Positions 24,451 through 37,320 of a DNA stretch of 64,000 nucleotides are shown here, piece by piece; the first letter of the stretch is position 1, and the number at the start of each line of letters is the position of its first letter. The notes under the pieces were generated by a model, which was given only the letters and a program-made list of their open reading frames with translations, ran no database searches and was not told where the DNA came from. This stretch comes from Octopus sinensis (taxonomy: Eukaryota), in NCBI RefSeq assembly GCF_006345805.1, contig NC_043013.1, forward strand, positions 29,636,001 through 29,700,000, in the 5' to 3' direction. The position numbers and the translations under genes are program-made.

Positions 24451-24929
24451 GATGGTGGTGGTGGTGGTGGTGGTCGCCGCCGCTGCCACCGCGGTCGTCG
24501 TCGCCATTGTTGTCATCGTCGTGGTGCTTGATGTATGAAATTTTTGGGTGCCAAGTATTTACTTCCTTTACATTCAAATACTTCTGCTGAACATTGTATC
24601 TCATATTCATGATCTTGATACTGTTATTACTGTATTGCCAATATATTAACACAAGGAAGAATCTTATGTCTTGCCTATGGAATATTTCTACTACTCAAAG
24701 AGCATTTTTATCTTTTCATGAACTTTTTTTCTTCCCGCTGTTTTACATTATCTCTCCTGTCCATTATTTAATGGTTATTCTAGAAATATAATGGAACATG
24801 AATGGTATTATCGAGTACAATGGGACTCAAATTTGTTGTGGCAGAGTTGGAAAAATGATTCTGGAAGAAATGGCTAAAATCATCTCAGAGATCAATACTT
24901 GATTTGTTGGATGCAGAATTAAAAATATA

Positions 24930-25070
24930 CAGTAAGATAATAGAGTTCTATATTTAAGAGATGAGGAATTATGTACATTATTTACATTTGATGGATATTT
25001 CTCCGTTGTTAACATTTTGGCTGATATACCCTCCAGCCTTCATGAGGTGTCTTGGGGAAAGATACTGAAT
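24930..25070 (-). mobile_element. 3' part of SINE family D
   Basis: Reverse complement matches 52268-52365 and continues AATGTACATAATTCCTCATCTCTTAAATATAGAAC. Confidence 0.7.
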
Positions 25071-25194
25071 AGCTACTACATGGTCAAATTTAAAAGAATA
25101 AAAAAAATTTCAGAACATCTTTGAAGCGTTGCTTTAGTCCAATGTGTTTCTGTCTGGTAGATGCTAACCTCCCGTGTAAATCTGAAACATGACC

Positions 25195-25306
25195 ACTCTC
25201 ATCATTGTTGGCATTGTCATCGTCACTGTCATTAATCATCATCATCATCACCACTGCCACTACCACCACCACCACCACCATCACCACCTCCACCACCACC
25301 ACCACT

Positions 25307-25337
<31 letters not shown>

Positions 25338-25559
25338 ATGCCCTCACCATCACCATCATCATCATCATCACTGCCACCTCTACCACCACCATCACCATCA
25401 TCGTCGTTATCATCATCATCCTCATCACCACTGCCACCACCACCACCACCACCACCACCATCACTGTTGAAGCTAGGAGTAAGTGGAGGAATAAGGGTTG
25501 TTTCATGGAGTGGAGCAGCTGAATAGTAATGATGATAAAGTAAACGGGAAGACGAAAGG

Positions 25560-25639
<80 letters not shown>
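25195..25639. repeat. (CAT/CAC)n tract (25195-25475) and (GA)n tract (25563-25639)
   Basis: Direct inspection. Confidence 0.95.
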
Positions 25640-25644
<5 letters not shown>

Positions 25645-25904
25645 TTGTGTTGCGTTGGTTAAAATATATACTTTTATTTTCCATTAATTTTGCTTTTCTG
25701 TTCATCTCTATGCATCACATCTCTCTTGTATTTGTAAACCATTCTATCTGGTCTATTGCTGTTGTCTCATCCTAGATGAGACCTATGATCAGAAGTGTAC
25801 AAGCCATGCCCAACACATCTTTTCTTCATTTTTGCTATATTTTTTCAGACATCCTGTAACTAAACCTTACATTATCCAAATTTTTTCTTGTCATTATTAT
25901 TGCT

Positions 25905-26371
25905 TTAACCCTTCCGTACCAACCTGCCTAAGACCCATTTCTTTACTACCCACAAGGGGCTAAACACAGAGAGGACAAACAAGGACAGACAAACGGATTA
26001 AGTCGATTATATCGACTCCAGTGTGTAACTGGTACTTATTTAATTGATCCCGAAAGGATGAAAGGCAAAGTCGACCTCGGCGGAATTTGAACTGAGAATG
26101 TAACAGCAGACGAAACACCGCTTAGCATTTCGTCTGGCATGCTAACGTTTCTGCCAGCTCGCCGCCTAAGACCACCTTGGTTTTATCCCATAAATTTCCT
26201 GTTTTTAAGTGATTTAAATTAAATCCTTCCATCAAAATTTCATGTTAATTTATGTTCAAAACTCCAGCTGAATAATGACAAATTTAATTTACTAAATTCT
26301 TAATTAATTTCAAAATTAATTTGAAATGAAAGCATTTTATTTCAAAAGAAATATGGTAATGAAAGTTTTAA
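25905..26371. mobile_element. piggyBac-type MITE carrying a SINE B insertion
   Basis: TTAA|CCCTTCCGTACC ... GGTAATGAAAGTT|TTAA termini. A related fragment lies at 50740-50905. Confidence 0.65.
25936..26163 (-). mobile_element. tRNA-derived SINE family B, full length
   Basis: Minus strand GGCGAGCTGGCAGAAACGTTAGC..CTCAGTTCAAATTCCGCCGAGGTCGAC..AAAGAAATG. Flanking direct repeat GCCTAAGACC (25926-25935 / 26164-26173). Confidence 0.9.
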
Positions 26372-26638
26372 TCGAGATGAAAGGGCTGTGTCTATGGCAT
26401 TATCTCTAAGATCTGTGAGATTGATTGCCATTACTATTCTGCTTAAACTGTTGCAAATTTTCTCTTTTTTGTTGTGACTTTTGTTATGCCTTTGTCTTAT
26501 TTTTTTACGTTTTGTTTTGCTTATTTTCTTTTATCCTGTATTGGTTTCTTTCTGTTTTTTTTTGCTCCATTTCATTGAGTTGTGTCTGTTTTTTTTATCT
26601 AAGAAATGAAACCCTAGGAATTTAGGAATCAACAACAA

Positions 26639-27040
26639 GGCGCAGGAGTGGCTGTGTGGTAAGTAGCTTGCTTACCAACCACATGGTTCTGGGTTCAGTC
26701 CCACTGCGTGGCACCTTGGTCAAGTGTCTCCTACTATAGCCTCAGGCCGACCAAAGCCTTGTGAGTGGATTTGGTAGACGAAAACTAAAAGAAGCCCATC
26801 GTATATATGTATATATACAAATGTATGTGTGTGTATATGTTTGTGTGTCTGTGTTTGTTGCCCCAACATCACTTGACAACCGATACTGGTATGTTTACGT
26901 CCCCGTAACTTAGCAGTTCAGCAAAAGAGACTGATAGAATAAGTACTAGGCTTACAAAGAATAAGTCATGGGGTCGATTTGCTTGAGTAAAGGCGGTGCT
27001 CCAGCATGGCTGCAGTCCAAATGGCTGAAACAAGTAAAAG
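26639..27040 (+). mobile_element. SINE family A, full length
   Basis: GGCGCAGGAGTGGCTGTGTGGTAAG head, GGGTTCAGTCCC B-box-like motif, central (TA/TG)n, tail GGCGGTGCTCCAGCATGG. Confidence 0.9.
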
Positions 27041-27541
27041 TATAACAGTATAGTTTTGCATACTAATTTCCAGAAGAACTTGGCATTCCTTTACTTTTTT
27101 GCTTATTTGTCTGTGTTTCACTTGGCCCATATCACTCTTCTTCTCTTGTCACCTTTCTAGTGCTTCACTTTTCAACTTGGTCTTTACTAAACACTACTCC
27201 AAGGTTTGCTACACACTTGAATTTATTCTACACCCACGGTTCTCTCAACAGGTTTTAGCCTATAGATATTCAAACTGGATATCAGCTCCAATGCTCAAAC
27301 TAGTCTAGTGGCAGGCAGCTGGAAAAATTTTAGGTCACCTTCCTTCCAAAATTTCCTTACTTATCTCCAAATATCTTGGGGCAGATTAGGGTAGGAGTTA
27401 AAAAGGAGAAAAAAAATCCATCAAGAACTCCCTTGAAAGTTTACAGTCTAGCTTCATGAAAGAAGACTCAAAGAATAAAAGTAATCCTTTCAGGGGTCTT
27501 GAAAGGTCTTTTAGATCCATTGCTAATCTTCACTTTCTCAT

Positions 27542-27767
27542 TTAACCTTTTCACATTCAGACTATTCTGTCACATATCATGCTTGTTTATTCAATTGTTT
27601 TGTATTAATCCTGCATTATCTCATAGCTTTGAGATTTTTATGATGTGATTGTTTAATTGAGGATGACATTACAGGGTTGGTGTGAGAGGCCAGATCCAAC
27701 TAGTTTGAGCATGAAGCAGGTAGAATATTTTGGCTGGATATGGCTGGTTTACATGCTAAAGGTTTAA
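27542..27767 (-). mobile_element. piggyBac-type MITE (about 226 bp)
   Basis: TTAA at both ends; reverse complement of the family at 28691-28918. Confidence 0.75.
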
Positions 27768-28690
27768 TGTTTAATGAATACAGGAGTAATCGTATCCCCC
27801 TGGATAAAGTGAAAGCCTGTTGCAGGTAATTTCCCCTCACTGAAGTTTGTGTTGCAAATAGCTATGATGCTAAAGGTTTGAACTACGAGCTGGTACATCA
27901 ATTCAGTACCGGCTAGATGATCTGTCTACTTTCATTAGTGAATCAGATTGAAAGAAACTCAAATTAAAATGAATAAAATTAGAAATTGGTAATTCTTACA
28001 GGTGAACTGAAAGAACAGAAACACAATAAAAAAAAAACAAAAAACAAAATATCCAACGACTAAGTTCAGTCTTTGATCTACATTAAGTTAACATTGTCTT
28101 CATGTCTCCATGTACTCACTGTTTATTTCCTCAAAAAATGTTTAAAAAGTTATCTATATCAAACTGCCAAATAAAGTGCTTGTTGGAATTTTGTGTCAAG
28201 TTAAAAAAACCCCAAAAAACCAAAAAACAAAACAAAAAACTATTGCAGCCAAATTTATGTTTGAGTGTTTACTTTATGGAAATGGAAACTGGTTATTTGT
28301 TAGTGAAATTTGAATTTCAAAATAATTTCTTCTGAATGTTTTGAATAGCTTATAAATCACTTCTTTTCATTTTAAAACAGTTTCATTTTTTTTTTGTTTT
28401 TGTTATACAGTTTTACAAATAAATATATATGTTACATTGTTGATGTTTTATTCATTCTATATCTCTAGTTTTAAATGAATTTCTGAAAGATGTGATATTA
28501 AATAATTTATGCCTTGAGAGATGAAAATAAACACACATCAAAATTTTATCACTTATTCTAGTAAAAAAAAAAAGGCAACAACTGAAGATGATTTGTGAGA
28601 TCAATCTTTATCAATTAAGGTTGTTGATAGAGGTCCAAGACAGACAAACATTGTAACAGGTTGATGTGTACCAGAATGGGAAATGAATCA

Positions 28691-28918
28691 TTAACTCTTT
28701 AGCATTTAAACTGGCCATATCCGGCATAAATATCCTATCTGTGTTTATGTTCAAACTTGCTAGATCTGATCTCTCATACCTATCCTACAATGTCATTCTA
28801 AAAATAAACAATCAGTCATCAAAATCTTAAAGCTACAGGATAATGCATTATTAATTCAAAACAGTATGAATAAATAAGTGTTACATTTGGCAAAATAATC
28901 TAAATACTAAAGGGTTAA
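28691..28918 (+). mobile_element. piggyBac-type MITE
   Basis: TTAA|CTCTTTAGCATTTA ... TAAATACTAAAGGG|TTAA. Confidence 0.8.
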
Positions 28919-29229
28919 AATGATGCAGCTTGATTCTGAATCAAATTCAAGTTTGTGTTTCAAAATTAGCAAAGATAAACATACAATCAAACAGCAACAA
29001 AAAAAGAGAGTCCTGTTTAAAGAATTACTCTCTAGATTTTCTTTTGGTACATAACCATATTACTTTTCTTTAGTTTTCCCATTCATCATAGGAGCTCCCT
29101 TTCATTTTGTAAGCTGGAAGGCATCCCCACAGCACAGGTGTCACAAAAAGCCCCTGTTATCCTCTGTCAGTGATTGGTAATTGATGAATTGTGACAATGC
29201 AGAATTTGAGATGGCTCTATGGCCTAAAT

Positions 29230-29533
29230 CAGTGGTTTTCAACATTTTTTTCTTTTTTGGTGAGCCCCTTTGATTACTATTTTACTCTGGTGGACCCCCA
29301 TAGCCATTCAGTGTCTTAAAACTAGTTTTATAGATAGTTCTTAAAAATTCTTATTTTGTTTGTCACACATATTCACTTGTTGAGCCTAGTAAAGCATTAA
29401 AAGAAGCAACATTTTTTCATTGACCCTTAATATACTACCGTGAGTTCCCAATTTGCTGTTTTGCTGACATGGACACCTCAAAAATCTTAAGTGGACCCTC
29501 AGGGGTCATATGGATCCTGGTTGATAACCACTG
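29230..29533. mobile_element. hAT-type MITE
   Basis: TIRs CAGTGGTTTTCAAC / GTTGATAACCACTG; 8-bp TSD GCCTAAAT / GTCTAAAT. Confidence 0.85.
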
Positions 29534-29699
29534 GTCTAAATGATGCCAAGACAACCTCAATAATGCTGGTGCCACAAAAAAAAAAATGCACCCAGTACAC
29601 TAGCGCACTCAACCTTAGAAACCATGCCAAAAATGGAGCAAAACACGGTCCTTTGATTCAGTGAATCCTATCAAACTGTTCTACTCATGTCAGCATCAT

Positions 29700-29859
29700 A
29701 AAGGAGTGGCTGTGTGGTAAGTAGCTTGCTTTTGAACCACATAGTTCCGGGTTCATTCCCACTGCTTGGCACCTTGGGCAAGTGTCTTCTACTATAGCCT
29801 CAGGCTGACCAAAGCCTTGCGAGTGGATTTGGTAGATGGAAACTGAAAGAAGCCTGTTG

Positions 29860-29895
<36 letters not shown>

Positions 29896-30118
29896 TGTAT
29901 GTATGTATGTGTGTGTATATGTGTGTCTTTATTTGTCTCCCCAACATAGCTTGACAAGCAATGCGTGTGTGTTTACGTCCCCGTAACTTAGTGGTTCAGC
30001 AAAAATAGACCGATAGAATAAGTACTAGGCTTCCAAAGAATAAGTCCTGGGGTCAATTTGCTCGACTAACGGCGGTGCTCCAGCATGGCTGCAGTCAAAT
30101 GACTGAAACAAGTAAAAG
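29700..30118 (+). mobile_element. SINE family A, near full length
   Basis: Same head, body and tail as 26639-27040. Confidence 0.9.
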
Positions 30119-30359
30119 CGACATAAAATGATGATGAATAATGATGTAGCCTGCGAGCTGGTAGTTTAATACCAAACAAAAAGAAAAAATTGCTTTGCAT
30201 CCATTGCTTGGGTAACTGCATGTTCTGTTTACTGCTAACCACTTAACCATGGATTATAAAAAAAAACTAAGAATATGTGCCTTATCCAAGGGCATCGCAG
30301 CACTAACACTAACAAGAATTGAATTCATAATCATGATATTTGTTAGTGGTTCCTGAACT

Positions 30360-30565
30360 TTAAGGCCATTGTAAAAGCACGCAAAAAGCACCCACTACAT
30401 TAATGGGGTGGTTGGCGTTAGGAAGGGCATCCAGCTGTAGAAACACTGCCAGATCAGACTGGAGCCTGGCGCAGTCTCCTGGCTTCCCAGACCCTGGTTG
30501 AACCGTCCAACCCATGCTAGCATGGAAAACGGACGTTAAACGACGATGATGATGATGATGGTGAT
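30360..30565 (+). mobile_element. RTE-type LINE 3' tail (family C)
   Basis: AAAAAGCACCCACTAC..GGTTGGCGTTAGGAAGGGCATCCAGCTG..GGACGTTAAACGACGATGATG. Confidence 0.85.
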
Positions 30566-31236
30566 GATGTGTCACTTGTGCATACATCCTGACCACTGGG
30601 CCTTCATATGCACTCAGTCATTTTGCCTCTACTTCAATGTTGAAGACACGAAATTGCAATTATTTATTTAAGGTAGAACTGGTACGTTACTCACTCACTC
30701 AACCAGCACAGCATTATTAAACCTGTTGGCTTTACATTACAAGAAATAAACGAATGACTGAATGAATGGCTTTATCACTGAGACATCATCCAATTTCTCT
30801 GTGATTCCTTCATTTGTGTAATTTGGTTATATTTCCAGTCTGTTGTGTTTGTTTAATGAGATGCCTGGTAGAGACAATATATGATTAGGTGATAGTCACA
30901 AACTATACACCCACCTGTGGCTATTTCAGATAAACGTTAGATGGTCTGCTGAGGTTTGTACTGTTGTTTTTGTTGCTGTCATTGTCTACAAGCAAGAAAT
31001 TTGCTAATTACTTCTATTTCTCATGTACATTGATTAGAATCTTGTATTAGCTTAACAAAGATAATTATAATAAAAATAATACAAAAAAAATATCTTCTTT
31101 TTTTCAATTTATTGCTTCTGGAAACCTAGTGAGGTATTTATTGTTGAAACCAAGAATGGTAATTCTGATAAATAGCATCATTTATTACTGATATACTTAT
31201 GTGTGCGCACATGTGTGTGTGTATGTATACATTCAT

Positions 31237-31273
<37 letters not shown>

Positions 31274-31339
31274 CGTGTCTGTATGTATATATATATATAT
31301 ATATACATACACATATGTACATATGTATGTGAGCATATA

Positions 31340-31371
<32 letters not shown>

Positions 31372-32065
31372 TATTAAAGACATATATTATTATATATATA
31401 TATATATGTATGTGTATATATGCATACACACAAATATATAGCTTAAGATCTTGAGCCTGGTGCAATGTAATTGAAGTGAAATGACTTGTAGGTGTTGGTG
31501 CTTGTTCAAATCCTTTTCAAGTTGTCAGCTGTGTATTTCAGGAAGTACATTTTTAGTTCTACATGGCATACTTCAATTCTAGCTGCCCAAAATAAATACC
31601 AAATAAGTAAGAAATGATTACCTGTAATAAATTAACGTTCTATCTCGGTGTAGATTCATTATGTATAGTATATATATATATACACCAATAAATCATAACT
31701 ATGTATGATCAGTTAAAAACCACTTAAGAATCCTAGTACCGTTTGCCTTTTATAAGGTTACTAGCTGAAAGATCGCCTGCCAAGCAGTTTTCTGCTAGCC
31801 ATTATGTAATGTTTTCACATTTGATTCCTAATTCTGGTAATTTTTATGATACTGTCTGCTGTCATGCCTTTGCTGCTAAATGTTTTTGTTCAGTTGCATA
31901 TTTTGGCATCGTTTTGGTTGAACCCACAGAAATGTCAAAATGAACAACTGGTTTCGTTCGTTAATTTCCATAAAAATTCTTATTTATTTACTTTTGTTTC
32001 AAAGTGAGAGGAGAGAGTGAAAGATGTATGTAGATGTATATTAAATGGATGTGAGAGAGAGAGAA

Positions 32066-32100
<35 letters not shown>

Positions 32101-33151
32101 AAAGAGAGAGAGAGAGAGAGAGAGTGTGTGTGTGCCACTTAGACATCACTTTCTTTCTCTCTGTCTCTTTGTCTCACACACACGCACACACATAAATACA
32201 AAAAAGATGTATGTATATGTATTTATGTATGTATGTATACATGACAACACACCCTTTCACCCACTCTCTCTCTCTCTCTCACACACATGCACACAAACGC
32301 ACACACATACATAAATGTATACAAACATACATACAAAAACACATATGTGCATGTGTAACTGATGACAAATGCATAGAGCTGAACATGGCATGCAAAAAGT
32401 AAATGAGTAAAAAATTTTTATGGAAATTAACGAAGTGTGTGGGTTCAAGTGAAAGAAAGCCCATATTTTTTTGGACACCCCATGTTGAATCGCAAAATTC
32501 TAATATGATATTTGTGTAATAACGAAATCAAACCTGGTGTGTGTGTATGTGTTTATATTACAGAAACAGTGTGGATGTTTATATTAGAGAGACAGTGTGT
32601 GTGCGTGTGAGAGAGAGAGAGAGAATGGGGAGAGAACATTGAAAACAATGAATGAAATAAACATGAAATGAAAAAAATCATATAAATGAAAGCTTGTTAA
32701 AAGCTATCTTGTACCGAATATTTAAATTTGCGAACTTGAAATATTCAATAATGAAAGGAAGTTCAGAAAATAAATTCTCTTGAAAACTTCAATTTATAAA
32801 AAATCTCACTTGCTTAGTAAATATTTCTTTCAGTAATTTATCATAGTTGTTTGCAAATAGTGAATTAAAACTTGAAATGAAAACATTAAAATAGAGAGTG
32901 AGAGGATTCACAAATGAAAACAGAAAATTTTGCCCTTGCTATGTCAATACCGGAAGTTGACATTGAAAAACCTTTTTAAAGATGTGACTCATATATATAT
33001 ATATATCTGAAGCAATATTTATTTCTAATAAAACTCTAAACTGAAGACCCTATTATGTATCTGAGGTGAGATTATTCATGCATCCCAAGTATGGAACCAA
33101 TATCTGCAGCTGTTTTTCATGTGAAAATTGAAAACATAGACACAGATATAC

Positions 33152-33182
<31 letters not shown>

Positions 33183-33664
33183 GAAGTCTATTTCATATGC
33201 AAGATAACTGGCAAGATGGTATATTAGGTGTTGTCTATAGTTTCTCTTATCTGGAGTGTAGGTGCTGGTTGGTGGCAGAAGTAGTTGTGGTTATAGCATA
33301 GTAGCTAGGGTACCAAAGGTTTCAGTGAGTTGCCTCTATATGCTTCAAAAGATCTCCTTCTTTCTCCCTCTCTTGCTTACCCACTCAAAGGACCATATAT
33401 AAGAAATGTGTGTTGCATTGGCATTGAATGTAGAGATTTCAAAGAAGTATGAAGTAATTATGATCTTTTAAATGTTCAATGTGAATTTGCATGGAAACCT
33501 TAGCACACAGAACCTAAGATATTGGTTAGGCATTAAAGACATCTTCACTACAAGAATTATTTTCACATTCATTTAATTTAATGTATACCATAGAATCTCA
33601 ACAACTTCTGATATGGGTCATGTTTTTCCTTTGCACTCATGACTTTACCAATTTATGTTACAAA

Positions 33665-34130
33665 AGGCAGTGAGCTAGCAGAAATGCTAGCACACCAGGT
33701 GAAATGCTTAGCGGTATTTTATCTGTCTTTATATTCTGAGTTCAAATTCCGCCGAGGTCGACTTTGCTTTGCATTCTTTCGGGGTTGATAAATTAAGTGC
33801 CAGTTGCATACTGGGGTTGATCTAATCAACCTAAATTTTGGGCTTTTTACCTAGAGTAGAAAAGAATTTATTTGTTACAAATTACTTTTTCATATGTAAT
33901 TGATGTGTCCCTTCCCTTAAAATTGCTGAGCTAGCAGAATTGATAGCTTATTAAGGAAATGCTTTTGTAGTATTTCTTTTGGCTCTTTATGTTCGACATT
34001 CAGATGCCTTTGAGGTTGACTTTGCCATTCATCCTTTTGGGGTTCATAACATAAGTTGAACACTGGGGTCGATGTAATTGACTTATCCCTTCTTTTCAGA
34101 AACTACTGGCTCTGTGCCAAAATTTGAAAC
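33665..34130 (+). mobile_element. Two adjacent SINE B copies (33665-33870 and a degenerate 33930-34130)
   Basis: GGCAGTGAGCTAGCAGAA..GAGTTCAAATTCCGCCGAGGTCGAC..GTAGAAAAGAAT. Confidence 0.8.
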
Positions 34131-34134
34131 CATT

Positions 34135-34500
34135 ATTACCTGTCTTCACTAAGGTGGAGGTATTGTTTTCAGTTGTGTTTGTTTGTCTGTGGACAAGATA
34201 TCTCAAGAACTGCTGGATGGATTCAAATGAAACTTTCAAAGATGTTTGGCCTCATGACTGGCATGAACTGATTAGATATTGGGATCGCTCTGGTACTAGA
34301 CAAGGATTCTGGATTATTTTCCCTGTTTTTTTTTTACTTAATTTTCGAGAGCAGTTGGGTTCATTTTTAGTATCCTCTTTTGTGAGAGCTGACGAGTTTG
34401 TTTCAGATATTCTCATTTTAAAAATTATCTCTGGTTAATCGTTGAGAGGACATTGGTATTGCTTTGGCAGAGGTTTGCACTGTCTGAGTGCTCTTGTTAT
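34135..34500. mobile_element. Non-autonomous Helentron-associated (DINE-1/HINE-like) element
   Basis: Starts ATTACC..CTTCACTAAGGTGGAGGTATTGTTTTC..GTTTGTTTGTC, carries a GGCAGAGGTTTGC sub-terminal motif near the other end, ends TGAGTGCTCTTGTT, and lies in ATT context. Assignment by architecture only. Confidence 0.5.
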
Positions 34501-34514
34501 CATTGTTATTATTT

Positions 34515-34732
34515 AGGCAGCAAGCTGGTGGAATCGGTACCATACTGGAAAAAAATACTTAGCAGTATTTCTTCTGACTTTAAGTTCTGACTTCAATGCT
34601 GAGATTGACTTTGCCTTTTCTCCTTTCAGGGTCAATAGAATAAGCATCATTTCAGCTCTGGGGTTAATTCAATCAACTTGTCAGCTTCTCAAAAATTTTC
34701 AGGCTTTGTTTCTGTAGTCTGTAGTAGAATGG

Positions 34733-34786
<54 letters not shown>

Positions 34787-34848
34787 GTTGTTCTTGTTGT
34801 TGTTACTATTGTTCTTCTTCTTCTTCCCCTTCTTCTTCTTCCCCTTCT

Positions 34849-34880
<32 letters not shown>

Positions 34881-35440
34881 TTCTTCTTCTTCTTCTTCTT
34901 CTTCTTCTTCTTTTTCTTCTTCTTATTATTAGCATATACCTGTGAGAATTAAAAGGAGAAGAGCTCTTACCCTGTTAATCAGGCACCTGTGGCTGTTGTG
35001 GGTTTTTCCACGAGGAGCTCAAAGCTCTTCCCTTATTGGGAGTTTTAATTTGTTTAATTTTTTATTGTTATATATATTGTTTACATGCTGTAAAACCCAC
35101 TGTATCATCCTGTTTTTGTCTTTTATGTTATTGCATGTCATTTGATATTATTTTACGTGAGTCCTGATGGCTAATAAAAAAATGTATTATTATTATTATT
35201 ATTATTGTTGTTGTTGTTGTTGTTGTTATTATTAAGGGAGTGAGGTGGCAGAATCGTTAGCACACCAGGCAAAATGCTTAGCGGTATTTCATCTGCTTCT
35301 ATGTTCTGAGTTCAAATTCTGCTGAGGTCAACTTTACCTTTCATCCTTTCAGGGTCGATAAAATAAGTACCAGTTGAACACTGGGGTCAATGTAATCGAC
35401 TTGTCCCCACCTCTCCCAAGCTGCCCTTGTGGAAAAAAAT
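34515..35440 (+). mobile_element. SINE B copies (34515-34730, 35235-35440) around an (ATT)n(CTT)n microsatellite
   Basis: Family B head and body recognisable in both. Confidence 0.7.
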
Positions 35441-35457
35441 TGATATAATTATTATTA

Positions 35458-36024
35458 TCATTGAGTGAGAGAGTAGTGCATGCCACCAAAGTGACACTGG
35501 GGTAAAATATACAAAACCCAGTATACCCATCATGACTACCCGTCTGATAAGGGTACACTAGGAACATGCTTCACAACCATATGTGTGTGAGATGGTGATC
35601 TTATATCAAGATAAACAGTGCATGAACTGGCAGGTGGGGCTCAGTTAGAATTTTCTTCAAGTCAAGTAGCCCATTCCTCTGAAAAAGTCCCTGAATAAGG
35701 GTTGTTTAAGGATGTTGAACAAAACACTCATGTTTCCAAAAGTGAATTATTCAAACTCCAAAGACTTCCTCTCAACTCATGGTTATGATGCTCCTCCACT
35801 AGCGATGCACATATCGTCATGATCAGAGATGCACATATCATCAGCCACTAAGGGACATGCTCAACTGGTTAAGGTCAAACAACTGACAAGCAAATCTGTG
35901 GTATTGAGCAGAATATTTGCTGTAGCCCATCTTTTATACCAAGACAAAACAATGTACATGATAACACTTCCAATCAGTTAAGATCAGAAGCCATGAGAAC
36001 TACTGCCTGGTACTGCATCAGGGC

Positions 36025-36030
<6 letters not shown>
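35458..36030. mobile_element. About 570-bp non-coding dispersed element (family G) in (ATT)n; inverted copy at 63300-63828
   Basis: The two copies are collinear in reverse complement and both are bounded by (AAT/ATT)n. Confidence 0.85.
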
Positions 36031-36082
<52 letters not shown>

Positions 36083-36565
36083 TCATTTTTATCAAATCTT
36101 TTAATTTTGTTATGCATTCTTGTACATAATACGTTATTTTCCAAATCTTCTAAATATCAATGGAACCCATTTATAAGCAAGGCAGCGTGTGACCATTCCA
36201 CAGTCACTGAAGCAGAGGGTGGGGAGGAGGAGGGGACTTCTAAGTTATGCCATCATTTCACTTTGGTATATCAAGTTAGGTTTAAGTCCAATGCAAAGCT
36301 ACTGAGTAATTTTTCACACACTCCATGAACTTCAAGCCAAATGATGTAATATGTGAGGAGATGGTTTGTCTAAATACTTAAAGATAACAAATACCTTTAT
36401 ATATTCTATGAATTATTTAATGCTAACATCTGAGAAGTTTGTTCAAAGTAGTGACACAATCAATAAATCATGATTATTTACAACAACATTGATAGTAAGG
36501 ATGTAGAAGGTATGGCTGAGTGCCAGACTTAATGTTTTTCTGTAGTTTCAGAGATTTATATTTTA

Positions 36566-36957
36566 CTAGCAGTATCGCCCGGCATTGCTTGGGTTTGTAA
36601 GGGAAATAACTATATAAGCATTTTTAGAGAGTTATAGCCAAGAAATAGCAAAAAAATCCATTAAAAATGGGAAAAAAATGATGGTAAATTTTTTTTTAAA
36701 TCGTTGACTCATCGTAGACATTTTTAGAGAGTTATATAATAGCGAAAAAAATGCATCAAAATGGAAAAAAAAATGATGGTAAATTATTTTTAAAATTGTA
36801 GACTCATCGTAGACGCGCGCTAATACCCAGAAGGGCTCGATATGAATCACGACTATAAGATACCCGCTTTTGGTTACACTGCACCGGAAAATGTGGGAGT
36901 AGTTAGGAATCTAAATCGTAGGAGACAGACACACAACTTCACTTTTATATATAAAGA
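36566..36957 (-). mobile_element. Complete non-autonomous Helitron (392 bp)
   Basis: Minus strand A|TCTTTATATATAAAAGTG ... CCCAAGCAATGCCGGG hairpin, CTAG|T; internal tandem duplication. Confidence 0.8.
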
Positions 36958-37074
36958 TGATTATATTTAGTTTCAGAGACTTATGCTGTAAGTTCAAATG
37001 CTGCTGGGGGAAGGGAGTCAACTTTAATGTTTATCATTCAATTCATCTGGGGTTGATAAAAGAAATACCAGGTG

Positions 37075-37241
37075 CAGGGGTGGCTGTATGGTAAGTAGCT
37101 TGCTTACCAACCACATGGTTCCAGGTTCGGTCCCACTGTGTGGCACTTTGGGCATGTGTCTTCTACTATAGCCTCGGGGTGACCAAAGCCTTGTGAGTGG
37201 ATTTGGTAGACATGAACTGAAAGAAGTCCGTCGTATATATG

Positions 37242-37320
<79 letters not shown>

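Noticed and set aside
20594-27825. Small + strand exon candidates (about 20594, 21895, 22232, 27783)
   Set aside because: They cannot be joined into one open frame and match no known protein.
30903-30953. + strand frame ending SAE|GT as possible B9D1 exon 1
   Set aside because: Upstream residues (LYTHLWLFQINVRW) do not resemble the conserved VFLLMVxGQ motif, and no ATG is evident in the frame.
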